Shown here one piece after another: positions 44,849-55,063 of a stretch of 64,000 nucleotides of DNA. Within the stretch, counting starts at the first letter, position 1. Each line of letters begins with the position of its first letter. Under the pieces are notes generated by a model. The model saw only the letters and a program-made list of their open reading frames with translations, searched no databases and was not told where the DNA came from. A program made the position numbers and the translations under genes. Source of the stretch: Bacteroidota bacterium (lineage in GTDB: Bacteria > Bacteroidota > Bacteroidia > Flavobacteriales > Flavobacteriaceae); contig JAZKDI010000003.1 in NCBI GenBank assembly GCA_040387655.1, forward strand, positions 177,659 to 241,658. The letters run 5' to 3'.

Positions 44849-45859
44849 TTATTTCAAAATTTCGAGCCATTCTTGCTTAATGGAGTTCCAATCAAAAGAT
44901 TCTGATTTAACCCTTGCGTTCCGCGTTATTTCTTTAAAAAAGCAAGGTTCATCTATCAATTTTTCAATTCCTTCTACCATCGCTTCAACATCATTGTCAT
45001 TTACTTTTATTGCCTCTGTATTATTTTTTAAGAGATAAGGAATTCCGCCTACATTTGTTGTTACCACTGCTAAACCCAATGCCATCGCTTCAATAACACT
45101 TACAGGTGTATTATCAAAATGAGTAGTGTTAATAAAAATGTCATATTCTTGAGATAAGGTAGTCCATTCATTTTTTGATAATTTTCCAGGAAAGTTAATT
45201 TTTAACCCTAGATTATAAGCCATTTTTTTGCATTTCACCAAACAGCCATTTTTATCTGGACCTACCATGCTAAGAGTTGCCTCAGGATATTTTTCAAGAA
45301 GTGTGGCTAATACTTTTATTGCCATTTCGGGATTATAAATGGGTGCAAAAGAACGTACCCATAAAAGTTTTGGTTCAATAACATTTCTGTCTTTAAATTT
45401 ATAGTTTTGAATTTCTATTGCATTAGGAATGTACTTTATATTAAAAAAACCGCGTTTTTGAAATGCAGTCAATAAATAATTGGAGGGTGCTATATTTATA
45501 TAAGCATTATTAAAAACCATTTTACAAAGTTTAGGATTATTATCCAATCTATTAGGTAAATTCCCTCCATGTAATTTTGGAATATATTTTAATCTAAAAA
45601 ACCGACACAATTGACTAATAATAAATGCATACCAGAAATTGGTAGTGCTATAAACGTCAATTAAAACATACTCTACTTTATTTCTTAAGCGTATAGTACT
45701 ATAAATCATGTTGAGCATCCTTAAAGATTTATTTCTATAAGAAGAAGCATAATCGACTTGAAAACCTTCAGATTCAAAAAGATTCCCCATAGTTTCTATA
45801 GAAGTGCTATTACTTCCATGTTTAGAAAGCTTATTTCCTATGTAAAGCAGGTGTTTCAT
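44849..45859 (-). CDS. Glycosyltransferase family 4
   Basis: DNTPVSVIEAMALG, TNVGGIP. Confidence 0.9.
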   Translation of the reverse strand: MKHLLYIGNKLSKHGSNSTSIETMGNLFESEGFQVDYASSYRNKSLRMLNMIYSTIRLRNKVEYVLIDVYSTTNFWYAFIISQLCRFFRLKYIPKLHGGNLPNRLDNNPKLCKMVFNNAYINIAPSNYLLTAFQKRGFFNIKYIPNAIEIQNYKFKDRNVIEPKLLWVRSFAPIYNPEMAIKVLATLLEKYPEATLSMVGPDKNGCLVKCKKMAYNLGLKINFPGKLSKNEWTTLSQEYDIFINTTHFDNTPVSVIEAMALGLAVVTTNVGGIPYLLKNNTEAIKVNDNDVEAMVEGIEKLIDEPCFFKEITRNARVKSESFDWNSIKQEWLEILK

Positions 45860-47186
45860 TAGTAGTAAGTTTTACTTTTAACAATACCAATGCATATATA
45901 AATGATGGCGCGGCAGTCCTCATACCTGCGTGATTAATAGATAAAAACCAAAAAACCAAGAATGGAAACAGATATAAATGCTGTTTGTTATTTATATACA
46001 AAATCAATGGAGTAAAAATTAAAATCATTAAACCTAAAACACCTAATGAACCGTGTTCAGCTAACATTCTGGTAATTTCATCGTGAGAAGCAAACCTACT
46101 AGTTGATTCCATTTGTTCAGATCTTATCTCTGTCCCTTTTGACACTCCAACTCCAAAAATAGGATTTTCTAAAAACATATTAAATTCGCCTTCTGCCAAA
46201 TTTGCTCTACCTGTAAATTTATCTTTCTTAATCCTACCCAAAGCATCTTTATTAGCATATCTTTTATCAATCAATCCATCTGTTTGATAAGAAGTATAAA
46301 ACCAAGTAACACTCATTACCACAAAAAGAGTAATCATTAAATAATTTAGTTTTACTTTTCCCTTATATTTTGAATGATAATAAATATATAATAGCAAAGT
46401 AATAATCATTGCAAAACCAGTCATCATTCCACCTCTTGAAAAAGTTATCATTCCTCTATAGCTAATATAACTGGCAATAAATAAATTAATGCTCAAAATA
46501 AACTTCGTTCTGGATAGTAAAATTATCCTTGAAAAAAAAATAAACATCCCTAAACCCATAACTGTAGCAACTTGATTGGGTCCAAAACCACCTGAAAACT
46601 GACCTGTTGAAGTCGTACTCGTAAGCAGCCCTTTAATACTTGGAGAATAAAATATAAGATAAACGGTACACGAAATAATGGGTAAGCCTATATTTAATAG
46701 TAAAGAATTAATTTCCCAGAGCGTTATTTTTTTGTTGTATGTATATAAAGACATTACAGCTAAACTAACTGGACCAGATATGTTAAAAGCTATCGACTTT
46801 CGAATATTAGTTTCGGTACTTAATACTTCAGTAGCAATTATTATACTTGGAATTAATAAAAATAAAAAAATCCAGTAAGGCACTGCGTTTTTAGAAAATC
46901 CAGAATAAAACATTCCTAAAAATGCAAATGTCATTATTCCATATTTTGCAAACTCATAACTTGGACTTCCTTCAGTCATCCTTAAAAAAACCTCACTCCC
47001 AACCATATAAGCTGCGGCATATAATACCTCGTTATTTTTATTCCTTTTTTTAATTACAATATAAACACCTCCTAATATTATTAAATACCCATAAATTTTA
47101 GATAAAAATGGTGCTAAATAGATTACAAAACCTATTACAACGTGAATCAAAATTAAAAAAAGATATTTTTTTTGCTTGTCTTCCAT
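45831..47186 (-). CDS. O-antigen ligase / Wzy-like polymerase
   Basis: About 12 TMs, TFSRGG, NPIFGVG, HDEITR. Confidence 0.82.
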   Translation of the reverse strand: MEDKQKKYLFLILIHVVIGFVIYLAPFLSKIYGYLIILGGVYIVIKKRNKNNEVLYAAAYMVGSEVFLRMTEGSPSYEFAKYGIMTFAFLGMFYSGFSKNAVPYWIFLFLLIPSIIIATEVLSTETNIRKSIAFNISGPVSLAVMSLYTYNKKITLWEINSLLLNIGLPIISCTVYLIFYSPSIKGLLTSTTSTGQFSGGFGPNQVATVMGLGMFIFFSRIILLSRTKFILSINLFIASYISYRGMITFSRGGMMTGFAMIITLLLYIYYHSKYKGKVKLNYLMITLFVVMSVTWFYTSYQTDGLIDKRYANKDALGRIKKDKFTGRANLAEGEFNMFLENPIFGVGVSKGTEIRSEQMESTSRFASHDEITRMLAEHGSLGVLGLMILIFTPLILYINNKQHLYLFPFLVFWFLSINHAGMRTAAPSFIYALVLLKVKLTTNETPALHRK

Positions 47187-48263
47187 TTACTGAAATTTAT
47201 TTATCCAATCCAGATATTTTTTTAAAACTATATCTTTAGAATGATTTTCAATAATAATTTTATATAGATTTTCTCCAAATTTAACTCTTAAATCCTCATT
47301 TTCAATTAATAAAATCAATGATTCGACAAACTGTTCTGTATTATTTGAGCTTACTACAAATCCATTTTCATTATTATTCAATATTAATGGAATCTCACCT
47401 ACCGCTGTAGAAACGACTGATTTTTTGAACATCCCATATTCCAATAAAGCCACAGGTAAACCTTCAAAAGAGGAAGTCAAAACACATATTGAAGATTGCT
47501 GTATAATATGCGGAATATCTTTTTTTGCCCCATAGATATAAACATTCTGAGATAAATCATTATTCTTTATTTTTTCTTTTAATTCTTTAGAGTAGAAGTC
47601 ATTTAAATCATTTCCCACTAAATGGAAACTCCAATGCGGTTTTTTTTTTTTTATTATAATAGCAATATCCAAAAGAAAATTATGATTTTTAGGATGCCTT
47701 AAATTAGCTAAACATAATATTCTTTTATCTTTCTCGCCTTTCAAAAAAGTAAGTTCTTGGTCAGAACTATCAAATAATGTGAAATTAGCTAAATATAAAT
47801 TATCTTTTCTACAGAGGTTTTTTATATGCCATTTTTCTAATGAATGATTAACAGCAATAATACCGGTAAACAAAAACGAACAAAACCATAATGGAATATT
47901 TCGACGAAGAGATTCATTGCTACGAGCTCCTTTATGATCATGCCAAATAATTTTTACTTTAAAATAAATCAATTTCAATAAAAAAGCAGTGAAAAAAGAG
48001 GTGCTATGAGCATGAACAAAATCAATCTGATTTTGTTTGCAATAATTTCGTAGTCTGAAAATTGCAGGAATATCAATTGCCCCTTTTTTATTTAAAAAAA
48101 AATAATTGACTTTATATTTCAACTGCTCTTTTAACCCACCTTCTTGACGAGTTGCTATTAATCCTGAAAATTCTATTTTTTCAGAAAGCCCATTAGCATA
48201 ATTGACAGCCATCTTTTCTGCACCACCAATGGCTAAGGAATCTATAAGTTGGAGAATTCTCAT
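47187..48263 (-). CDS. Glycosyltransferase family 4
   Basis: GGAEKM, HAHS, EGLPVALLEYG. Confidence 0.9.
   Translation of the reverse strand: MRILQLIDSLAIGGAEKMAVNYANGLSEKIEFSGLIATRQEGGLKEQLKYKVNYFFLNKKGAIDIPAIFRLRNYCKQNQIDFVHAHSTSFFTAFLLKLIYFKVKIIWHDHKGARSNESLRRNIPLWFCSFLFTGIIAVNHSLEKWHIKNLCRKDNLYLANFTLFDSSDQELTFLKGEKDKRILCLANLRHPKNHNFLLDIAIIIKKKKPHWSFHLVGNDLNDFYSKELKEKIKNNDLSQNVYIYGAKKDIPHIIQQSSICVLTSSFEGLPVALLEYGMFKKSVVSTAVGEIPLILNNNENGFVVSSNNTEQFVESLILLIENEDLRVKFGENLYKIIIENHSKDIVLKKYLDWINKFQ
47640..47652 (-). repeat. A13 homopolymer inside the GT4 CDS
   Basis: 13 T on +, currently in frame (IKKKKP). Confidence 0.9.
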
Positions 48264-49378
48264 ACTTTCAACAATAGTTTTATTTCATTTTCAAAAGTAT
48301 CAATTGTGTATTTTCGTGACCATACAACAGCGTTTTTTGTTTTAGAATCATATAACTCTTGATTTGATATTATTTCTTGAATATGTTTAAAATCATTTTC
48401 CAAAATCATTGAAAGCAACACACCCCTTCCTCCATTATCCAAGATATTTGGCACGCAAGATATAGGTGTTACAATTGGCAAACAACCCCAAAACATTGCC
48501 TCAGCAACTACTTTTGGCCAACCTTCGCTTTTTGATGGAAGAATTAAAAAATGACTCGTTTCATAAGCTTCCTGAACAATGTCTTTATGCTGATTCCCTT
48601 TAATAAAAACAAAATTCTCTAATTTATTCTCTTGAATATAACTTTCCAAAACGACTCTTTCTTTTCCTTCTCCATATAAATCTATTTGAACATTATGACC
48701 TTTTGAAGCTAATTGCTCCAACAATTGAATAGCATATAAAGGATTTTTACCCTGTGTCAGACTACCTACAAACAGAAAATTAATTTTATTATTTAAACTT
48801 TTTTTCGAAATCTCTTTTTTATCTTTTTCATAATAAGATGCTGTAAAAAATGGTTTACTATTTTTTGAGATTCCTTCCCATTCTCCATAAACTAAAACTT
48901 CAATATTTCGAGTTAGAAAAGTGTTGTTTAAAATCCATTTTTGAATTCTGTAACTCAGCGGTTGTTTTGATTTCGAATCCCAATTACCTGCATATTTGGC
49001 CGTTTTTTGTTTGGCTGGAAATAAAATCTGTATAAAACAACCTAACAAACCAATATTTCCTGGACAACGCAAATGAATGTGATCTGCATTTTTCATTGCC
49101 AAATAAATCCTCTTTAAAACAATTGGAGCACTAAATATTGAAAGAGATATATCTTTTATAGAAGTGAAATTTAAGGCGGGAATTGAACAAAATTCTAATT
49201 TTTTTTTTGAGTAAAATAAATGAATACTTTCTTTTTCAATATTTTGTAAAGGTGCTACTATTGTAACAGAATCAACATTCTTTAACCAAATATTCATCTC
49301 CTTAACATAAGGTTCATAAGCAAAAAAAGCGTTGTCTTCTCTACCGTGAATTACGTGGGTGATGATTGCAAAATTCAT
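48260..49378 (-). CDS. Glycosyltransferase family 4
   Basis: FVGSL, SEGWPKVVAEAM; start at MNFAII (49378). Confidence 0.88.
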   Translation of the reverse strand: MNFAIITHVIHGREDNAFFAYEPYVKEMNIWLKNVDSVTIVAPLQNIEKESIHLFYSKKKLEFCSIPALNFTSIKDISLSIFSAPIVLKRIYLAMKNADHIHLRCPGNIGLLGCFIQILFPAKQKTAKYAGNWDSKSKQPLSYRIQKWILNNTFLTRNIEVLVYGEWEGISKNSKPFFTASYYEKDKKEISKKSLNNKINFLFVGSLTQGKNPLYAIQLLEQLASKGHNVQIDLYGEGKERVVLESYIQENKLENFVFIKGNQHKDIVQEAYETSHFLILPSKSEGWPKVVAEAMFWGCLPIVTPISCVPNILDNGGRGVLLSMILENDFKHIQEIISNQELYDSKTKNAVVWSRKYTIDTFENEIKLLLKV

Positions 49379-49383
49379 ATAAA

Positions 49384-50190
49384 TTATTTTTTCTGCATCA
49401 ACATTGTTAAGTGCATACAACTAAACAAATGACCATCTGATGTAGCAGATAAATCCCAATCTTTTTTATGCCATTTTACGCCAATTGCCTGTTTTTTTTC
49501 TGGCGACATTGGCAACAAATTAATTAAAAAATACCATTTTGAAAGTCCTAAAATTCCGTGTCTTTCTTTTATTGAAAAAGCATTCTGAAATTTATAAAAC
49601 GTTTTTTTTGTAAACGGCCATTCCCAATCCTTATCCGATTGAAATGGACGATATAAAACCCTGATTATTTTTAGAGGCAAACTAGTTTCCAGTGGATCGT
49701 AGCTTATTACAGTTCCGTTTGGAGCTAATTTTTCATTTAATTTTGTAATCAATACATCCGGGTTTTGGAAATGATGCAATACACCATACGCATAAATAAT
49801 ATCGAAATCTTTATCCGGAAAATCTGCCGATAAAAAATCGGCAGCAACGGCTTTAGCAGTTGGAATATGTTTTAGTCGCTCATTTAAATTGGCTATTGCT
49901 ATATCGCTTAAATCCAAACCAATATATTCTTTGCTATTTTCTGCTAAATATAAACTCAAATTATTTCCTGCAAAACAGCCTAAATCCAACACTTTTTTGT
50001 TTGACAACTCCCCAAACCATACTTTATGCAAATCATAAGACTGATTCAGAACACCAATATCCCGACGAATTTGTTTCAATGTTTTCTCTCTCAAATACGA
50101 CCAAATTCTGGTAGGTAAATTTTTCTTTTTATGATTATAAAATTCCTTTTGCTTTTTATTAGTTTCTATAATTTCTTCCTGGGTTTTCAT
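49384..50190 (-). CDS. Class I SAM-dependent methyltransferase
   Basis: VLDLGCFAG, GLDLS, FDIIYAYGVLHHF. Confidence 0.88.
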   Translation of the reverse strand: MKTQEEIIETNKKQKEFYNHKKKNLPTRIWSYLREKTLKQIRRDIGVLNQSYDLHKVWFGELSNKKVLDLGCFAGNNLSLYLAENSKEYIGLDLSDIAIANLNERLKHIPTAKAVAADFLSADFPDKDFDIIYAYGVLHHFQNPDVLITKLNEKLAPNGTVISYDPLETSLPLKIIRVLYRPFQSDKDWEWPFTKKTFYKFQNAFSIKERHGILGLSKWYFLINLLPMSPEKKQAIGVKWHKKDWDLSATSDGHLFSCMHLTMLMQKK

Positions 50191-50193
50191 ATT

Positions 50194-51150
50194 TTATTCT
50201 ACAATTTTATCAATTATATATCTTGGTCGTTTTTTTACTTCCGAATATATTTTCCCTATGTACTCTCCAATAATTCCAAAACAGAACAATTGAATTCCTC
50301 CTAAAAAATACATTGGCAAAACCGTAGAAAGCCATCCTGGAACTACATTTCCTGAATATAAAGAAACGAAAGCATAGCCGCTCATTATCAAACATACAAA
50401 AAATATAATAAATCCGAGTGCTGTAACTAGTTTTAACGGAAATGTACTGAAAGAAGTTATTCCGTTCCAAGCAAAAGAAATCATTTTGCCTAATGGATAT
50501 TTGGATTCTCCTGCAAAACGTTCTAATCTGTCATAATAAACAATATCACTACTAAAACCAATTGATGGGATAATTCCTCTCAAAAATAAATTTACCTCAT
50601 CAAATTCACTTAAAGCAGTAATTACCGTATTGCTACATAATCTATAATCTGCATGATTATGCACAATATTGACTTTCATTTTTCTTAATAAATAATAGAA
50701 AAACAAAGCAGTATTTCGTTTAAAAAAAGAATCTTTTTCTCTTTTACTGCGAACTCCATATATAATATTCGTTCCTGATTTGAATTTTAAAATCATTTCT
50801 TCAATCACATTCACATCATCCTGTAAATCACAATCTATAGAAATTAAAGCATCCGCTTGGTCATTGAACGTAAGTAAACCGGCCAATAATGCTTTTTGAT
50901 GACCTACATTTCCAGCTAACTTCAAGCCTTTTATGTATTTATCCGATACTGATAATTCTTCTATAATTCCCCAAGTAGTATCATTACTTCCATCATCAAT
51001 AAAGGAAATAAAGCTATTTTCGGAAATAACATTTCTTTTAATTAAATCAGAAAATACGGCACTAAGCTGTACCGAAGTTTCTTTCAAAACCTGTTCTTCG
51101 TTATAACAAGGGGATACGATTCCAATTATTGGTTTAAAATTTTCTGCCAT
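50194..51150 (-). CDS. GT2 polyprenol-phosphate glycosyltransferase (GtrB-like)
   Basis: PCYNEE, DDGS, DCDLQDD, DYRL, AGESKY, two C-terminal TMs; start MAENF (51150). Confidence 0.88.
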   Translation of the reverse strand: MAENFKPIIGIVSPCYNEEQVLKETSVQLSAVFSDLIKRNVISENSFISFIDDGSNDTTWGIIEELSVSDKYIKGLKLAGNVGHQKALLAGLLTFNDQADALISIDCDLQDDVNVIEEMILKFKSGTNIIYGVRSKREKDSFFKRNTALFFYYLLRKMKVNIVHNHADYRLCSNTVITALSEFDEVNLFLRGIIPSIGFSSDIVYYDRLERFAGESKYPLGKMISFAWNGITSFSTFPLKLVTALGFIIFFVCLIMSGYAFVSLYSGNVVPGWLSTVLPMYFLGGIQLFCFGIIGEYIGKIYSEVKKRPRYIIDKIVE

Positions 51151-51151
51151 T

Positions 51152-52510
51152 TTAAGCTGATTTAACTTTTGGAAATACGAAAATAGAAATCCAATTAATA
51201 CTTTTTTCAATCCAGGAAATACGGTACAATCCCGCAGCACTCATAATATACAACGCTACTTTTGAAGGAAAAACATATCGGGGTTCCATATAAGTCAAAC
51301 CGTGAAAAACAAGTAATGCAACAATTACCGACCAAAAAAACCAATAATGAAGTAAGTTTTTTCCTTTGTATAAAAACAGGAAGACTCCCGCTATTATCAT
51401 AAGGTTCACAATATTAATAATTACCATAAAAATCCAATAACCAAAAACTCCATTAAATGGTCCCAAATGAAAATTTTTAGGCTGAACACTATTTATAAAA
51501 TAAATATGTCCATAAAAACATTTGACAAAAAACTGTCTAGTAAATAAAAATGGATGTTCTAAAGCATCATTGATTAAAAACTCTTTATAAACCTGAGCAT
51601 ACGATTGATGGGTTTTGTCCATAACTAATGAAAGCTCATTTCCGCTTTTATGCCAGTTTTGATAATCTTTACTGTCTGGCCGAATATCACTTTCCCAATA
51701 CCTAAGATCTGTAGGTTCTTCTCTGAATTGAAAGCGTCCTTGATGGGCAACATAATAAAATAAATCTTCTTGATTCCCACCAGATTTAGTTCCTGTAATT
51801 GCTTTAGCTAATTGTAACGAGCCAAAACTGAATAAACCGACAGTTAAAAAAGTCATCATCATTTTCTTTCCATAGCTTAAAAAAAAAGATTTGTCTTTGA
51901 AAAAAGAATATAAAACAACTAATGTTCCAATTCCTAAAAGCAACAATGTATTAGGTCTATTGAGAATTAAAAACCAAAGCCCAAAAATTAAAAGAACCCA
52001 ACCTCTTTTTTTCTGAGGTGCTGCAAACGCTATAGACCATCCATAAATAGCTAAGGTTAATGAGAAAAAGGCAGGAGCTTCTGCCATTATTCCTAAAGAA
52101 TAATAACAGTGAATTGGAAATATAAAAAACAACAATACACTTAAAATACCTATTTCCTTTGAAAAAAAAGAAGTTGCTATTCTAAAAATAAGTAATAAAC
52201 TTATTGTGACAATTATAGATGTAAATACTATTCCATAAACCCAAAGTTGATCATCGATAGCATTTGAAGGTGCTAGCAGATAAACTGGCGAATAAAATAA
52301 AACTGGTCCAGGTGCTTTTGTAATAACTACTTTATCATAACCAATATTTCCTTTTATAAATAAAGCCAAATTTTTTGCTTCTTCATGAAAAGTAATATCA
52401 CCAAAAGGTTTTACTTTAAATGGTAGATTCAAAACTACAAGCATCATTAAAAATGACACCAATATTATTATTAAATATATACGTTTAATAGAAAAAATAT
52501 TTTTGTTCAT
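51152..52510 (-). CDS. Polytopic membrane protein, GT-C-like glycosyltransferase candidate
   Basis: GD..FHEEA first loop, PGP, AEAP, RPN and EPRY motifs, about 11 TMs; directly upstream of the GtrB-like gene. Confidence 0.6.
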   Translation of the reverse strand: MNKNIFSIKRIYLIIILVSFLMMLVVLNLPFKVKPFGDITFHEEAKNLALFIKGNIGYDKVVITKAPGPVLFYSPVYLLAPSNAIDDQLWVYGIVFTSIIVTISLLLIFRIATSFFSKEIGILSVLLFFIFPIHCYYSLGIMAEAPAFFSLTLAIYGWSIAFAAPQKKRGWVLLIFGLWFLILNRPNTLLLLGIGTLVVLYSFFKDKSFFLSYGKKMMMTFLTVGLFSFGSLQLAKAITGTKSGGNQEDLFYYVAHQGRFQFREEPTDLRYWESDIRPDSKDYQNWHKSGNELSLVMDKTHQSYAQVYKEFLINDALEHPFLFTRQFFVKCFYGHIYFINSVQPKNFHLGPFNGVFGYWIFMVIINIVNLMIIAGVFLFLYKGKNLLHYWFFWSVIVALLVFHGLTYMEPRYVFPSKVALYIMSAAGLYRISWIEKSINWISIFVFPKVKSA

Positions 52511-52519
52511 ATTTTTTAT

Positions 52520-53518
52520 TTATTCTGATTTAGGCTTATCAATCAGTAAACTCCACCAACCTATTGTCCTACCTAAACTTTCAGTGAATGCTTCCTTTTT
52601 TTTATTGCTTGTAAATATATTACTAAATCGAATGATTGTCAAAAGTATTGTTATCAAATGCCATTTCACTTTTGCTTTTATTGATGGATTTGGTGTTTTT
52701 ACATGCCATACATACCAGCCGTTTCTTACCACCATTTTACCATATTGATATTGATTTGGTCGTCCGGAAGGGTCATGATAATGTGCTAATTGAGCAGCTG
52801 CATTGATATACAATTTACCTGTTTTTGACAAACGCAAAGTAAAATCCGCATCTTCATACAATCCATAACCTTCAAAATAGGTCGAAAACTGAAAATTATC
52901 AAATACTTTTTTTCTGAAAGAAGAAACTCCACCCATTAATTGTTCTACTTGATATATTTTACCGCTTGGCGGTAAAAAACCAATGCTTCTTCCGTGAGAA
53001 AAATCAGGTGCAAAGCCAGGCGAAACATCAGAATCCAATCCTAATCTTTTTCTCCAAACAAAACGGCTTCCGTCTTTACGTTTCCATCCATCATAATAAA
53101 ATTCATTTATTTTGGGAATTTCATTTTCAGTGACCTTTATCCAAACCACTTCATTATTGATATAACCACCAACTCCTAATGCTTCTGGGTGAATAATGTA
53201 TGTTTTTAGAATTTCTTCAAAATAATTGGATTCCAAAACCGTATCGTCATCAAGAAAGCAAACAATTTCTGATTCAAGATTAACTTTTTTGATTCCAAAA
53301 TTACGCTGCTTTGTTAAACCACGATTTTTTGAATCAACAAAGTAATATTTTAGATTTTTAAAATGATTTTCTTTTAAAACTACTTCTGTTTCCGAATTTA
53401 TAGAACCATCAATAATTACAATTTCGTTAGGATAAACAGTTTGTTCCGTGACCGATTGCAATAATTTCAGCAATGGCTGTGGACGCATATAAGTACAAAT
53501 GATTAAAGAAAAATTCAT
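52520..53518 (-). CDS. Glycosyltransferase family 2
   Basis: IICTYMR, IDGS, FLDDD, YEDAD. Confidence 0.9.
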   Translation of the reverse strand: MNFSLIICTYMRPQPLLKLLQSVTEQTVYPNEIVIIDGSINSETEVVLKENHFKNLKYYFVDSKNRGLTKQRNFGIKKVNLESEIVCFLDDDTVLESNYFEEILKTYIIHPEALGVGGYINNEVVWIKVTENEIPKINEFYYDGWKRKDGSRFVWRKRLGLDSDVSPGFAPDFSHGRSIGFLPPSGKIYQVEQLMGGVSSFRKKVFDNFQFSTYFEGYGLYEDADFTLRLSKTGKLYINAAAQLAHYHDPSGRPNQYQYGKMVVRNGWYVWHVKTPNPSIKAKVKWHLITILLTIIRFSNIFTSNKKKEAFTESLGRTIGWWSLLIDKPKSE

Positions 53519-53523
53519 TGCTT

Positions 53524-55062
53524 TTATTTTGTTCGTTTTCCCAATGCGATTAATTTTTTAGCATAAAAAACCGATTCCTTAAATTGTAAAAGCCGTAAAG
53601 GCATTTTTAAAATTTTCAATGGAAATTCCCATTTATTCCCTTTAAACAAATACATCGAAAAATATTTGTGTTTGTATTCTATAAGTTGTTGTGGCGTAAA
53701 TTGTTTGTGAATCTGATACATAATTGTTGGGCTTGGAACTGGACGGATATGTTTAACTGGATTATCTAATTCCCAAGGTTGTGTTTTTCGTTTTTTTCCT
53801 AAAACTTTCGCCTGATTTCCCCAAAAACGGTAACCACCAACTGGAGGTTTTAAATGCAAATTGGCAGAAAATGGGTTATGCAAAACTGTAACTCCAATTT
53901 TTGACAATGAAATTCCGAAATCACTGTCTTCTCCATAACCGCCATCATAATTGATATCATTACCGATTAATTGATTTACAAATTCTCTTTTTACACAGGA
54001 ATTGGCATTACTGAAGCTTGTAGCAGCACCAACTTTCCACCTTGTATCACCTAATTTTTCTAATTTATTTTTTAAAACATCTAAATTTTGACTCTGGTTA
54101 TCCGCCCGAATATCCAATCCGTTACAAGCTCCAACATTATAAGTCTGTAAAATGCGAATGTGATTTGCTATGAAATCAGCTGGAATCCGAATATCATCAT
54201 CGCCAAAAATAACATAATCGCCAGTGCATAAATCTATAGCTTCGTTTCTCGCACGACAACTCCCTTTAGTGGTTTGCCACTTAAACTGAACTTCAAAAGG
54301 GTAATTTTTAGGATTGTATAAAGATTGGTCACGGCTATTTTCTGGAGTGGCATCAACTACTATAACCTGTGTAGGAAGATAGCTTTGATTTTTTAAATCA
54401 TTTAATAAATTCAAAGTAAAATCCTGGCGCATCATTGTGGGAATAATGTAACTTACTGTAGGCTTTCCCTGAATTTCATTGAGTATTCTTACAGGGACAA
54501 TCGCTGGATATTTTCTTTGTTTGAAATTATTTTTGGCATAAAAAAAAGCATTCCATTCAGATAATTTCGAAAATCCTTTTCGATACAGCATAAAAACTGA
54601 ATGGTCAATTTTGAAATTTTTTCTAAAAAAAACATAACGATCTCTTGTACTTATCTGGATGTTTTCGACTTCTTTCGAAGAAAATAGATTTTTCACATAC
54701 AAAGTAATTCCACCAGATTTGGCCAAACAGTTGTACCCAAAATCCAATGCTTGCATCTGAACATTTTCAAAATCTGAATTAAATCCATTCAACAATTCCC
54801 AAACTGATTTCCGAACGGCAAACTGATTTGGATTTATTCTCCAGCTCACACATTCGTCCAAATTATCAAAATCATTGATGTACCAAAAAAATACAAATGC
54901 AAAATAGACCAAATCCGGAAAAGCATTTTTATAACCCTGTTCAAATGAACTGTGCCAAATATCACCAGCACCATTAGACAAATCCTCTAATTTTTTTAAA
55001 TCAGGATTGCCATTATAGAGAATTATCTCTCCTTTGCTGGTTATATATTCTTTTAATTCCAT
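53524..55062 (-). CDS. Glycosyltransferase family 2 with extra N-terminal domain
   Basis: IIPTMMR, VVDA, FGDDD and GEDSD in the C-terminal half. Confidence 0.85.
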   Translation of the reverse strand: MELKEYITSKGEIILYNGNPDLKKLEDLSNGAGDIWHSSFEQGYKNAFPDLVYFAFVFFWYINDFDNLDECVSWRINPNQFAVRKSVWELLNGFNSDFENVQMQALDFGYNCLAKSGGITLYVKNLFSSKEVENIQISTRDRYVFFRKNFKIDHSVFMLYRKGFSKLSEWNAFFYAKNNFKQRKYPAIVPVRILNEIQGKPTVSYIIPTMMRQDFTLNLLNDLKNQSYLPTQVIVVDATPENSRDQSLYNPKNYPFEVQFKWQTTKGSCRARNEAIDLCTGDYVIFGDDDIRIPADFIANHIRILQTYNVGACNGLDIRADNQSQNLDVLKNKLEKLGDTRWKVGAATSFSNANSCVKREFVNQLIGNDINYDGGYGEDSDFGISLSKIGVTVLHNPFSANLHLKPPVGGYRFWGNQAKVLGKKRKTQPWELDNPVKHIRPVPSPTIMYQIHKQFTPQQLIEYKHKYFSMYLFKGNKWEFPLKILKMPLRLLQFKESVFYAKKLIALGKRTK

Positions 55063-55063
55063 T

